Positions 52,801 to 63,350 of a stretch of 64,000 nucleotides of DNA are shown in pieces. Source of the stretch: Phoronis australis (taxonomy: Eukaryota; Animalia; Phoronida); assembly GCA_002633005.1 (NCBI GenBank), contig NMRA01000002.1, positions 2,008,277 to 2,072,276 of the forward strand, written 5' to 3'. Under the pieces are notes generated by a model that searched no databases, was not told the DNA's origin, and worked only from the letters and a program-made list of their open reading frames with translations. Position 1 is the stretch's first letter. Every line of letters starts with the position of its first letter. The position numbers were made by a program, and so were the translations under genes.

Positions 52801-55800
52801 GAGCGTAGGGAAATGTTGAGTTCATTAATTAACCCCGGTAATTAAAATTATACGGATGAAAAAAGATTTAAATGTGTGCAGTTTTAGTGTTTGGGGGGGG
52901 CTCAGATCCAGTTTCAAGTGTCAAATTCGGAACACGGCTTATTCGTAACGAAACTATGACTAAGTATAGGCTCTCCCNTGGGGGGCTCAGACCCAATTTC
53001 AAGTGTCAAATTCGGAACACCGCGCATTCGTAACGGAACTATGACTAAGTATAGGCTCTCCCGCGATATCCCAGGCGACCAGCAGTAGCGCTGCGCACTA
53101 CGACTCCGTCTACTCCACTGTGCAATGAAGAAAATTTACTTTATTTTTAAAGAAAATGGAGCCTGAGTGACGATGAAAAAACAGAAGCTGCTGGTAAGAT
53201 GTGAATTTTAATCGAAGCCTTAGTGAATCACTCAGAAACTCATAATTCTCTCTTTGTCAAACCTTAACTAAGACAATTTCCAACGCCATTATTTGTGTAC
53301 TATTCGTACGTATTATTTGGTTACTGTTTTTCCGGTCGCTGTTGTACAAAGTACAGACGTTCATGTAAGCCAAGTCGTCTCTTATTATTACTGGCGTGGT
53401 GGCAGTAGCAATCGAACCATGGCCAGAGCACCGAAGCAGTGGTGCTTGACTAAAAGTGAAACTATCACCAGTTTTAATAACTGGAAGAACAAAATAACTT
53501 ACGTGTTATCACTCGACCCGAATTTTGCGGACTTTATGCAAGCCGATTATTCGTGGCAAAAAGCCAGAGTCCCCTTGAGAGGTTTAGTTGACGATACAGA
53601 CGCTGTACCTGAATCCCGGCAACGCACATCCGGTCAGAAACTAACCCACTTAAACCTCATGCTAGGCCAATTGGCCAACTATTGTCCTGTAATTGCCCGT
53701 AGTGCTATTGTCAAACAGTCCACCTCACTTACCGGTATATGGCAAACTATCAGAAGTCATTACAGCTTTCAGACATCTGGAGGACATTTCATTCGTTTTT
53801 CTGATATTCGCCTCCAACCCGACGAACGCCCGGAAGACCTATATCAGCGACTCATGTCATTTATCGAAAACAATTTGCTCGGCCCGATCACTCAGTACAC
53901 CTATCGTTCCCTACACACAGTATGCCTTCCAAGCTGATGGTGTCTCCCCACTCGATGTTGTCGGCGAAACCAAGATCACTTTCAAGCTTGACAGACACAA
54001 ATTGGTTTTCGAGGACCTGGTCATTAAGACACTTGATGTAGACGTCCTTGCTGCTACCCCATTTATGGTGAGAAACATCATCTCAGTTCACCCAGCTAAG
54101 AAAGAGGTTGGTGTAGGAGAAGTTGATGTCTATCACTATCATCACTGTAAGTCTTTGTCAAGACAGCCACTTGTCCGTAGAACGCACTTTCTGCGTTCAC
54201 CTCCTTTAGCCACTGTGGTATGGCCAGGGGACAGCCTCGACATTGACGTCCCTGCTGATTTACGTGGACAAAGCCAGGAGATAGCAATTGAGCCTCGAAC
54301 AGATTTCCCAAGTGCCCGATGTTGCCACCCTAGTGACTTGTGGCCCAAACCACAGATCATTACTGTTGACCAAGACAAGTTATACCTACTAAATGACGCA
54401 AATGAACCCCGGTTCTTACGCAAGGACGAACACTTTTGTCAGGTTCACCACGTCTTCACACCTATACCTACAAGTTCAACGGTAGCACCCTCCCAAACCT
54501 ATTCACCATCCGCGCAGCATGTCCAGCATTTTCGCTTTGCTTCAGTCAATCCCGATGGAATTTTACCGGATGTCACGCGGAAGGCTTTCGAACGCCTCCA
54601 CGAGTCCTTCGCTACTATCTTCACCCCCAGTTTTGCTGGTTACAATGGATCCGCCGGTCCATTTGAAGCTTCTGTTGACATGAGTACCACACAGCCGCCC
54701 CAACGCAAAGGTCATCTACCTATGTACTCACCGACTAAGCTCCATGGCCAACAGAAGTTTCACGAACTTGAGGCTCTCGGTGTCTTTTTTTTGTCCCGAA
54801 GATGCGAAAGTTCAAGTTGAGTATCTCAATCCATCCTTCCTGGTCAAAAAACCTAGGGATGGATTTCGACTCGTGACAGCCTTTGCGGACGTTGGAAGAT
54901 ATGCCAAACCCCAACCGTCACTCATGCCCGATGTAGACTCAGTCCTACGCAAAATTACCCAGTGGCGATTTATAGTCAAGACGGACCTCACAAGTGCTTT
55001 TTATTAAATTCCCTGTCTCGTGAGTCCATGAAGTACTGCGGCGTGGTAACCCCCTTCCATGGCACATCGTGTCTATGCTAGATGTGCTATGGGGATACCG
55101 GGTTCAGAAACAGCATTAGAAGAGCTTACCTGCCGTGTTCTTGATAACCTTCTCGCCGAACAAGGTATCGTAACCAAGCTAGAAGACGACTTGTACTGTG
55201 GTGGCCAGACCCCTTCTGAGCTTCTTACCAATTGGGAACTGGTACTTTCTGCCCTTGCTAAGTCTGGTATACATTTGTCACCTACCAAAACGGTCATTTC
55301 CCCAGACGCACAACTATCCTGGGTTGGATATGGGAAGGTGGCACTGTTCAGGCTAGCAGTCATCGTATCTCTGCACTTGCTTCGTGCAAAAAGCCTACAA
55401 CCGTGCGTCAGATGCGTTCATTCATTGGTGCCTTCAAGCTTCTGTTAGGGTTATCCCACATTGCTCCGCCTATATGTCTCCACTGGATGATGCTATTTCA
55501 GGCCGCGATTTCAAGGATCCATTGACATGGTCCGATGAGCTAGTCAGTGCATTTTCTGCCGCCCAGAAGGCACTCTCGTCTAACAAGGTCATCACACTCC
55601 CCCGACCTGAGGACAACCTATGGATTGTGACAGATGCCTATGCTAGGCACCCAGGGATAGCAGCCACCTTATATGTTACGAGGGACGGAAAACCCAATAT
55701 TGCCTCCTTCTTCAGCGCCAAGCTTATCCCGTCAAGTACTTTGGCTCCCCTGTGAGGTTGAAACTTTGGGCCGTAGGTTTGAAGCGCTTCAGCCCATACC

Positions 55801-58800
55801 TCATCCAGTCCAGGCATCGTGCTACGGTCCTCACTGACAGTAAGCCATGTGTACAGGCCTTTGATCGCTTATGTAGAGGTGAATTTTCTTTGAGTCCTCG
55901 AGTGTCTACATTTTTGTCAGCTATATCTTGGTTCCAAGCTACTGTTTGGCATGTTTCAGGGGCCGCAAATATCGTATCAGACTTTGCAAGCCGACATAGT
56001 GTTGAGTGTTCAGACATGGCGTGCCAGGTGTGCTCCTTCGTGGCTTTTACCGAAGATTGTGTGGTCTTTCGTTCATCCACAGACGACATCTTATCGGGTG
56101 TGTCGAGGCTTCCGTTCACTACCCGTTCTGCTTGGCATAGCATCAAAACTGCATGATCAGACCTTCGTCGTACTCATGCTCATCTCACGCGCCCCAGTAA
56201 GAAGCTGGCTGATGTTCGATATGTGAAGCGTTACTTAAACTCTGTCAAAGTCGCTAGTGATGGTTTACTAGTTGTCCGTAGAAATGCACCCCTCGCTCCA
56301 ATTCGCGAATGCATAGTTGTTCCACGTTTAGACGGTCTACCCATGACTCTTCACCTCCGCTTGGATCATCCCTCATCCAATCAGCTGAGGCTAGTTGCTC
56401 AACGTTACTTCTACGCCCTCGACTTGGACTCCGCCATTGACAGATGTTCCAAATCTTGCCACCAGTGTTACTTCCTTCAGACATTCCCCAAAACGTTGAT
56501 CACTCAACACTCGTCTGACCCTCCCCCGACAGTCGGTCTGTCTTTCGCTGCAGATGTCATGAAACGCGAACGCCAATTGATCCTCGTGCTGCGGGAATGT
56601 GTGTGCTCCTACACCGTCGCACGCATTGTCGAGAGTGAACGTCGTAACGATTTGCGAGATTGTCTTCTTCAAATGTACGTAGAACTTTGCCCTTTGGATG
56701 GTCCTCCTGCAGTTATCCGTACGGATCAGGCTCCTGGCTTCAGTGCTTTGAAGGACGATGATCTCCTTAAACGACACAGGATTACTGTTGAACTTGACCG
56801 TGTTAAAAACCCCAATCACAACACAGTCGCTGAAAAGGCAGTTGAAGAGCTTTCCGATGAGTTACTACGTGAGCTCTTGGTCCATGACAAGGTAACTTCT
56901 TTGCAGCTTTCACTTGCAGTTGCCCGACTGAACAGTCGGTTACGTTCCAGAGGCTTATCTGCCCGAGAGATGCTATTCCAACAGGACCAATTTACCTGTG
57001 ACCAAATACCCGTCACCGACCTCACCCTGATCGAGACACAACGACTCAAACGTGAAAGGAACCATGAACCCAGCTCGAGATCTAAGGCTCCTCTGGTTAG
57101 TCTCTCTCCCACGAGCAAGTACGCTACAACTGGGGATTTAGTTTATCTCTATGGTGATCGCGATAAGACTCGCTCCCGTCCTCGTTATCTCGTGGTTAGT
57201 CGCGACGGTTCTTGGCTCAACATTCAGAAATTTGTTGGCAACCAACTTCGCTCAACATCCTATCGTGTCAAAGATACGGAGTGCTACAAAGCTCCTCACG
57301 AGATGACCCCCCTCACCATCCCCGCGGCTTCCGATTCCAGATTTGAAATAGCTGATGATGACGATCATGTTACGCCACTATCCTAGTCTCAGAGCCGACG
57401 TCCACCTCACACCCTCCAAGTGAGCCTCCCGCTCCTGCAGTTCCCTCTGAGTTGGCCCCGGTCGATCATACACCGTCCAAAGATCTGATTATCAACCCCG
57501 GTCCACTTGATGCCCCTTCCGAGACAGTTGATGTGCCTGCAGTTAGTGATGCCCCTCCTCGACGCTCTACGAGGCCTGGAAGGCAACGGGCCCGTCGCCT
57601 TCCGGCACATCCACAGGACTTTGTTTTGACTTAATGTTTGTTCTTATAATCCGTCCTATACCCCTTTCGTATTTATAGACCTTAAGTTCAATTGGCTTTA
57701 TGCGTTTTGGTTCCAGAGCCCGTACGGACTTTGTCCATTTAAAGCTAAGAGACGTTGCACCGTTATTTGTGTACTATTCGTACGTACTATTTGGTTACTG
57801 TTTTTCCGGTCGCTGTTCTACAAAAATACAGACGCCGTTCATGTAAGCCAAGTCGTCTTTCATTATTACTGGCCCAAAGCAATCCCCTCATTAAAACAGA
57901 AAAACGGATTTGGTCTTTTGGGCATTTGAAGACTATTTTAAATACAACAAATTTGTTAACCGATTGCACAAAATATAAAAAGTGTAATAAACATTACAAA
58001 AAGAAGTAGGTTTCGCGCGCAAACGCTGTGGACCATAAACAAGTAGGTCTCTTAGAAATTAGTAGCCAAATCGTGGTGGTGTAGTGGTAAAACACGCGCG
58101 CTCCATCCGCCAGGTCGTGAGTTCGAGTCTGTGGTACTCGCATTTTTTCCTGTTTGACACGTTCTCCGGTTTTTTGCCTTTTTCTTGAATAATTTTTCAC
58201 GAATTGAGGAAAATGCTTGATTTTTAGAGGAAAAAAAGAAAAATTTCCTGGGCGTGGGGGGGGGGGGTAAACCTCCCTCCCGACCTCCCCCCATTCGGTG
58301 ATATGCGCATCTACAATCGTGGTTTGTGCAAATGCATACAGCCGGACAAAATGTAGTGGGCCCCCCTTGTGATATCTTAGATCCGCCACTGTATCGTTCC
58401 GCCAGGCGAACACCCGCAAAAACATTGTATCTGAACGTCTCATTTGAATCCAATCACTAGCTATTTCTGAGATGCCATGTTTCGATTTTCGCGAAATTTT
58501 GTTTGGTCACTCAAAACCCCAGCTTGGGTAATAAAATATACCGGGTACATGCTCTATATTTTCGATGATTGTCAACGCGTTTGAGTTTTAGCAGATTTCT
58601 CACACAAAGGCATTTCATACCAACATGGTTTTGTGGTGCGTGGGTCGGACATGGCGAGATATCAAGATAAACACCGGAACACGTGATCACGTTAGATTCC
58701 TTAACGAGATCAGAAATTTGGTGGGGTTCTTGCGTCTACGAAACTTTACGTCGCAGAGATATGCGCTGTGGTAACTTTCAGGCACGTAACTATTCGCCTG

Positions 58801-59550
58801 AACTTGGCCTTTATCGGCGTTCTTTCATACGTCGTAGGTCGTAGTTTTGTTGAACATCTGAATGTGAAAATAGCAAGTCGGAGTTCATATACTGGTCAGT
58901 TTTTGTTTTAAAATCGACGGCACAAATTGTTTGTTTAGCACTGAGGCTAAAAAGTCGAATTAAAGCGTTTTATTCTCATATAATGTTGCTTACCGTGATA
59001 GGATTCCATTCCCGTTACCAACAAGAACATAATAATCATCAATGACTCTACAAAACCCTTCAAATATAATTGGGGCTGACCAAACATAGACTTGTGCGCA
59101 TGCGTTCAAATTGCCTGAGACTTGAGTTGCCGGTTTATTCCACAATAATTTAAGATGCATTTGGCGTAGAAATAAGTTTTCAAACCCCAAAGTGCTTCAG
59201 TTAAGAATTCAACATTGACAGATAAACAGATACGACCGAAATATTGTCGTCTGAATTGTAGGTTACTTCTTCGTCCGCATATTAATTAGATTAGGCCTAC
59301 TCGGGGGTCCAAATCCGCAAGATTATGGCGACTCGTGATTTAGCTGGCCTTTAACGGAAAAAAGGACGACGAACATTGCAAGATTTACTATATTACGTGC
59401 CATATGCCTCGCTACTGCGAAACTGAGGTCCAAACTCACGTGTTCATGGATTGCATATGTTCCAAGTCAAAAACACTTGTCGGAGCAAAGAGCAATGTGA
59501 CTTACCGCTTCGTTCCCAACCCTACGCTTGCAATAGCAACAACACCACAT
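45089..59550 (-). CDS. Divergent non-RD protein kinase gene, 5 coding exons (59550-59506, 51892-50556, 49897-49465, 45994-45864, 45425-45089), 2283 nt, ~760 aa
   Basis: All junctions are GT/AG with compatible phases (0,2,0,2). Motifs are [44 protein letters not shown] and RP. Confidence 0.8.
45864..45994 (-). CDS. Kinase exon 4: catalytic loop and Mg-binding loop ([16 protein letters not shown]...[13 protein letters not shown])
   Basis: Not in the ORF track; read manually. Acceptor gaacag, donor AC|GTAAGG, 131 nt, phase 0-2. Confidence 0.85.
46497..46820. repeat. (TA/TATG)n and (TG)n microsatellite spanning an N gap
   Basis: Seen directly; Ns at 46731-46763. Confidence 0.95.
46993..47423 (+). 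repeat. Dispersed repeat, copy 2 (partner of 21566-21943)
   Basis: Same shared blocks in the same order. Confidence 0.75.
47551..47853. mobile_element. Non-autonomous TIR element with TAG termini and 3-bp TSD TAT (Academ-like)
   Basis: TIRs tagctgggcagataagtg / cactatctgccccgcta; subterminal inverted gatacaagcaccaaa; TAT on both flanks. Confidence 0.65.
48130..48440 (-). repeat. Dispersed repeat copy A, inverted relative to 52722-53110
   Basis: Reverse complement matches, e.g. gtcgcctgggatatcgcgggagagcctatacttag and ccggggttaattaat. Confidence 0.85.
49465..49897 (-). CDS. Kinase exon 3: N-lobe ([13 protein letters not shown], alphaC Glu) to helix E
   Basis: Acceptor aatttcag (phase 2), donor AAG|GTAAGC. 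Confidence 0.85.
50556..51892 (-). CDS. Kinase exon 2: large Cys-rich then Ser/Arg/Lys-rich N-terminal region
   Basis: 1337 nt open frame, acceptor ataattttcag, donor CG|GTAAT (phase 2). Confidence 0.8.
51996..52255. mobile_element. MITE with ~55 bp imperfect TIRs flanked by TA
   Basis: ggaatcaaaagttggtcggatttcaaaaacagttggctggactgcaaaac pairs with gttttacagtccagtcagctggttttgaaggccagccagatgttgattcc. Confidence 0.6.
52722..53110 (+). repeat. Dispersed repeat copy B (contains an ~85 bp duplication at N52978)
   Basis: Inverted partner of 48130-48440. Confidence 0.85.
53284..53396 (+). repeat. 5' LTR (113 bp, CGCCA...TGGCG termini)
   Basis: Near-identical to 57758-57874; followed directly by PBS. 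Confidence 0.8.
53397..53405 (+). promoter_or_regulatory. Primer-binding site TGGTGGCAG (complementary to tRNA-Leu 3' end ...CTGCCACCA)
   Basis: Immediately after the 5' LTR and 13 nt before the gag ATG. Confidence 0.65.
53419..57386 (+). pseudogene. Disrupted gag-pol of the LTR element
   Basis: gag starts [12 protein letters not shown]. An internal deletion near 53880 removes the gag C-terminus and protease active site. RT motifs are KTDLTSAFY* (stop 55005), RCAMG and KLEDDLY. RNase H motifs are IVTDA and LTDSKP. Integrase has HLRLDH...[30 protein letters not shown] and GDLVY. Confidence 0.88.
57758..57874 (+). repeat. 3' LTR (117 bp)
   Basis: Direct repeat of 53284-53396 with a few substitutions and 4 nt of insertions. 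Confidence 0.8.
58071..58148 (+). pseudogene. tRNA-derived sequence (SINE head or tRNA-Gly(TCC)-like pseudogene)
   Basis: A box TGGTGTAGTGG, B box GTTCGAGTC, TCC in the anticodon position, T-run terminator; acceptor and T stems do not pair well. Confidence 0.55.
58245..58391 (+). mobile_element. MITE fragment ending GATCCGCCACTG (second copy 60840-60980)
   Basis: Two diverged copies share tatgcgcatctacaatcgtggtt...agccggacaaaatg...agatccgccactg. Confidence 0.65.
59506..59550 (-). CDS. Kinase putative first coding exon [15 protein letters not shown]
   Basis: ATG plus 15 codons ending at a perfect GCG|GTAAGT donor, phase 0 matching the acceptor at 51892; TATA and CRE just upstream. Confidence 0.6.
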
Positions 59551-59592
59551 GTACAAGCAAAAATATGCCAATAAAATACAATATGAGACATG

Positions 59593-59613
59593 TTTTATAG
59601 TCTCGTGACGTCA
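59593..59613 (-). promoter_or_regulatory. Candidate core promoter of kinase gene: CRE (TGACGTCA, 59606-59613) next to TATAAAA (59599-59593)
   Basis: Perfect CRE palindrome and canonical TATA box about 50 nt upstream of the putative ATG at 59550. Confidence 0.45.
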
Positions 59614-62600
59614 TTGAATTGTGTATCGTTTCTGAAATATTGCATTCCCAATTACTTATCACGAAGGCGTCATAACTTCGTTCTCATTTTACAACAATTG
59701 GCTATTCGTATGACGTAATTTTGACATTTTGGACGCAGTGAAATAAAACCAAAATGTTAAAATTGGAAACAGTAATAATAATTCGGTCAGATTTACGTAG
59801 CGCTGCAAGCACTTCGCAAATTATTACCTGACTATGGACCCAGTCATTCTTTAGTCCTTCTCAACTCCGAGGGGGCACACAGTGGGTGCAACATTTGACT
59901 GTGCACACCAAAGACACTATTTTTTAAGAATTTCGAGTGCTAAAGTACCCCCGTGGTTGCCTGAATCGGAAAAAGTCCAAGGTCTTCAAAATGTTCAAAA
60001 ATGTGATGTGCAGTTCTATATCTATTTGTGGGTCCAAACTCAAATAACAATAGTGGCAGATACGTTTTCATACCGAAATGTCGCTGTTGAAAATATACGT
60101 TATTGGCACGTGTTTGTTGAAATCATGCATCTTGAATTCGCATAAAAATATCTTTACTACCATAATGCGAATTAAATTATTCAACAAAGAACTATACTAG
60201 TATTAAACCACAGGCGCTTGGGTTTATCGCAAATGACGTCACTCAATAATATATATATATAAGAAAACATAAAGGTTGGACACTCGAAATCTGTTTGCTC
60301 AGAATTTTCTAATCAAATGCGCATGGAACTCCACGAAACTAGCATCGGACAACTCTTAGAATACTTTCTTTCATTCGATCTCTTCAAATTGCCGTCGAGT
60401 GGTGATTTGGCGACTCAAAATCACAAATTCAAGGACGTGATTCCGTGATGTCATGGCAGACGGTCTTCGCACATCCGGGTTTTTGAAGGACGCTCGCGAG
60501 CTAAATCCGAAAGTCTAATTTCGCGCGGCTTTCATCATTAATCCCTCTACTACTTGATCATGAGAAGCAGAGAGCACTTTATTGCCAAATTAATGTAATT
60601 ACTCACATATTTGTGTCAAATATAAATTATCTTGATACTGTATTGATATGCCAAGTTTTTGTGTACTGTGATTTCTTATGAAGGTTTTACTTTTGGCCAA
60701 AACCATTGAGTTAACTCGTCGGCCACGCGCATTGTAATACTTGCACGGACTGCGTTTCCTGGCCGAGTGTGTGTTGTGCTTCAATCAAAAAAGTGCGTGA
60801 TGTCAAGATGAGAAACAAGATACGCCAGTTTATGTAATNTTCCTGGGCGGGAGGGGGGCAAACCCCGACCTCGCCCCATTCGGTGCTATGCGCATCTACA
60901 ATCGTGGTTCAGTTTGCGCAAATGCTTACAGCCGGACAAAATGTTAGGCCCCCCTTTGTGATATCCTAGATCCGCCACTGTTCTATGTGGTTCACAATTT
61001 GATTATGTCATTGTAAGAGATATTTTTCGCTTAAAGGTACCCGAAGGAAAAAAAACTTACAATTAAAACCCGACGTTTAAGCTTTTCATAACTGTCAGCG
61101 ACTCGCGTACGTATTTGCGTCTAAGTTAGCTACGACCCTGAATATAACGCTGCCATGGTACTGCATGCGCACACCCGCGGTGCGAGGGGAGCTCGGGGAG
61201 CTCGAACCAGCCCTCCATTTGGCGAAGTGGGCAAAAAGGTCCAACTCAGAGAAACAAAAACTCCAAAAAATAGAAAATGAGACAGAAGTCCACCATGAAC
61301 GCCGGAACGAACCCCGTGAATTTTAGTAAAAGGTCCCTGTTCTCAAAAATTAGAGCCCCCTCATTTTTAGACTGGGTGCGCGCGTGTATCGGCTTGCACT
61401 GGAAATTACCAGAATTGTCTCCGTTAAACTTTCATGTTCCAGATCTATTGTAAAAGGTTGTTTCGAATTTAAATGAGGAAATCCAGCTGTATAACCGATT
61501 TCTCGATTTCAAAGATTATCTTATTCCTATTGGCTGAGGCTTCAGGGTGCGCGTTAGGGAAAAACGTGTTCAAGTTTTCGCAACCATAAAATTAGGTATT
61601 AGATTTTCTAGCTTTAAAGGTTTATTTGTTTCTTGGATAGCACCATGCTTCTGCTATGTGGGCTTATAAAAATGAAATAAATTCTACAAATATTCAAAAC
61701 GGAACAAAACATTTTTATTTAGGGGTATACAGACTTACATCTATGCAAGCCATTGATTATGATAACCACTTTTGAACAAGCTTGTGATTTTAATGAGGAT
61801 AGATTTACAAAGAAACACATTTCTTTGTGATTACTATGTTGTTACGAAGTACTGGGCAAACAATGTTACAGGTTGTTCAATGAAATTTGTATTCCGTCCT
61901 GTTTTCAACATTTGAGTACTAGTTGTAATATATATGATGAGCGAAAGAAATTGGCTGAATCTTTAAAAACAAATCCATGTTAAGAACTTGTATTTTATTC
62001 AAAGATGAGCATGCAATCGAAAAACAAAATAATTTGCCACGTTCCGAGCGCTCCCTGTTGGCCTGGCTTGATGCTGGAGCTTTTCACACGTGTCGCCATG
62101 CACTGGCATGGAAGGTTATGTACATATAGTATAGGCCTGTGATGTAACGCAAACTCAGTTGAATTGTTCCCTTAGAACAAATATATTTCATGTATCAAGG
62201 CAAGTAGCACACTTTTCAGACTATAGCAGAGTAGAAGGAGTGACTACATTGTTACTTCAACATTTTCCAAGACAATTTTCCAACTTTGTCCGGCTGCCTA
62301 CGAAAGTAGGTGCACTTATATTTTATTTGCTTTGTTCATTGTAACAGTTTTAACTAAGTTTCATTCTGAAGTGATGAATAAGCCCACGTCTGTGGAAGTA
62401 TAGACTGTTAATGCAATTCATATGTTGTTAGAAATAATGAATAGTGTACTTGGCACTATGATAAAATACTCTACACTTGTTAAGTTCTTCCCGCGAGAAT
62501 TCTCGATACTGAGGAAGCTAATTAATCACAAGATGACTTCTGGGTTGTTTTGTTTTACCATAGACTATGGTTTTACAAAGTCGCACTGAGAGTAACGTCG

Positions 62601-63099
62601 TCATCTTATACAACAATCGCTTTGTGAGATCTAGTGAACGGACTACATTTTATATACAAATGAAGTACTGCAAGAGCCAGAGGAAACATTCCGATGTCCT
62701 TTAATTAACCAAACTAATGGGAATATTCAAGTTCACAGTTTACGTCGGAGCTCCGAGGATTAAATAGTGCATTATTAGAATTGATAAGAAATTAAGTAGT
62801 TGCTACTGAACGGCCAGCCAGCCAAGGGCAGGTGCAATCGACGAATGGAATCCACGTAACTGATACTCGAAAGGTATTCATTTCAATCTTCAGTAGAATA
62901 TTTTTAGAATTGCAAAAAATGTTTAGATGCCAACTCTTTTGAACAATATTGTAGAGTCTGTAGTAAATTTGCTTTCATGATCTAGTGTCGAGTTTCTGTG
63001 GCCGTATTTAGCGTTTTTAAGGTGAAATAACTCTCAAGTTTTTATTTTGTCGATAGAATTTTCGACAAAATGGAGAGAAGACGGCAACCAAAACCCAAA

Positions 63100-63350
63100 C
63101 AGCCGATTTCATTAAGGTGGTTTAAAGTTAAACCTGGTTTAAACTGGACTTAGACCAGGTTTAAAGATAATTTGCATTTCGTAAAGGTGGTTTAACTTTT
63201 AGACCAATGGTCTAGTAAAACCTGGTTTAACTCCAATTTAGACCTGGTCTAAGTCAGTTTTCATTTCACCAACGAGGTATATATTACTTAGACCTGTAGT
63301 AAGATCTTGAACCATGTTTAACTTTAGACTTGGTCAGATCCAGGTTTAAT
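63100..63350. repeat. Repeat-derived region with multiple short inverted/palindromic motifs (aaacctggttt, agaccaggttt, agacctggtct), probable MITE remnant
   Basis: Motifs seen directly. Confidence 0.45.

Larger units (their letters stand above)
53284..57874 (+). mobile_element. Decayed Gypsy/Ty3-type LTR retrotransposon (possibly Troyka-like), 3-bp TSD CAA
   Basis: Direct repeats at 53284-53396 and 57758-57874; CAA on both flanks; PBS; gag, partial protease, RT, RNase H and integrase in Gypsy order; several frameshifts and a premature stop. Confidence 0.9.

Noticed and set aside
58071-58142. Functional tRNA gene
   Set aside because: Acceptor and T stems do not pair; kept only as a tRNA-derived or SINE-like sequence
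58990-59190. Additional kinase exon ending at a GTAAGC donor near 58993
   Set aside because: No acceptor/frame combination gave phase 0-0 compatibility without a stop
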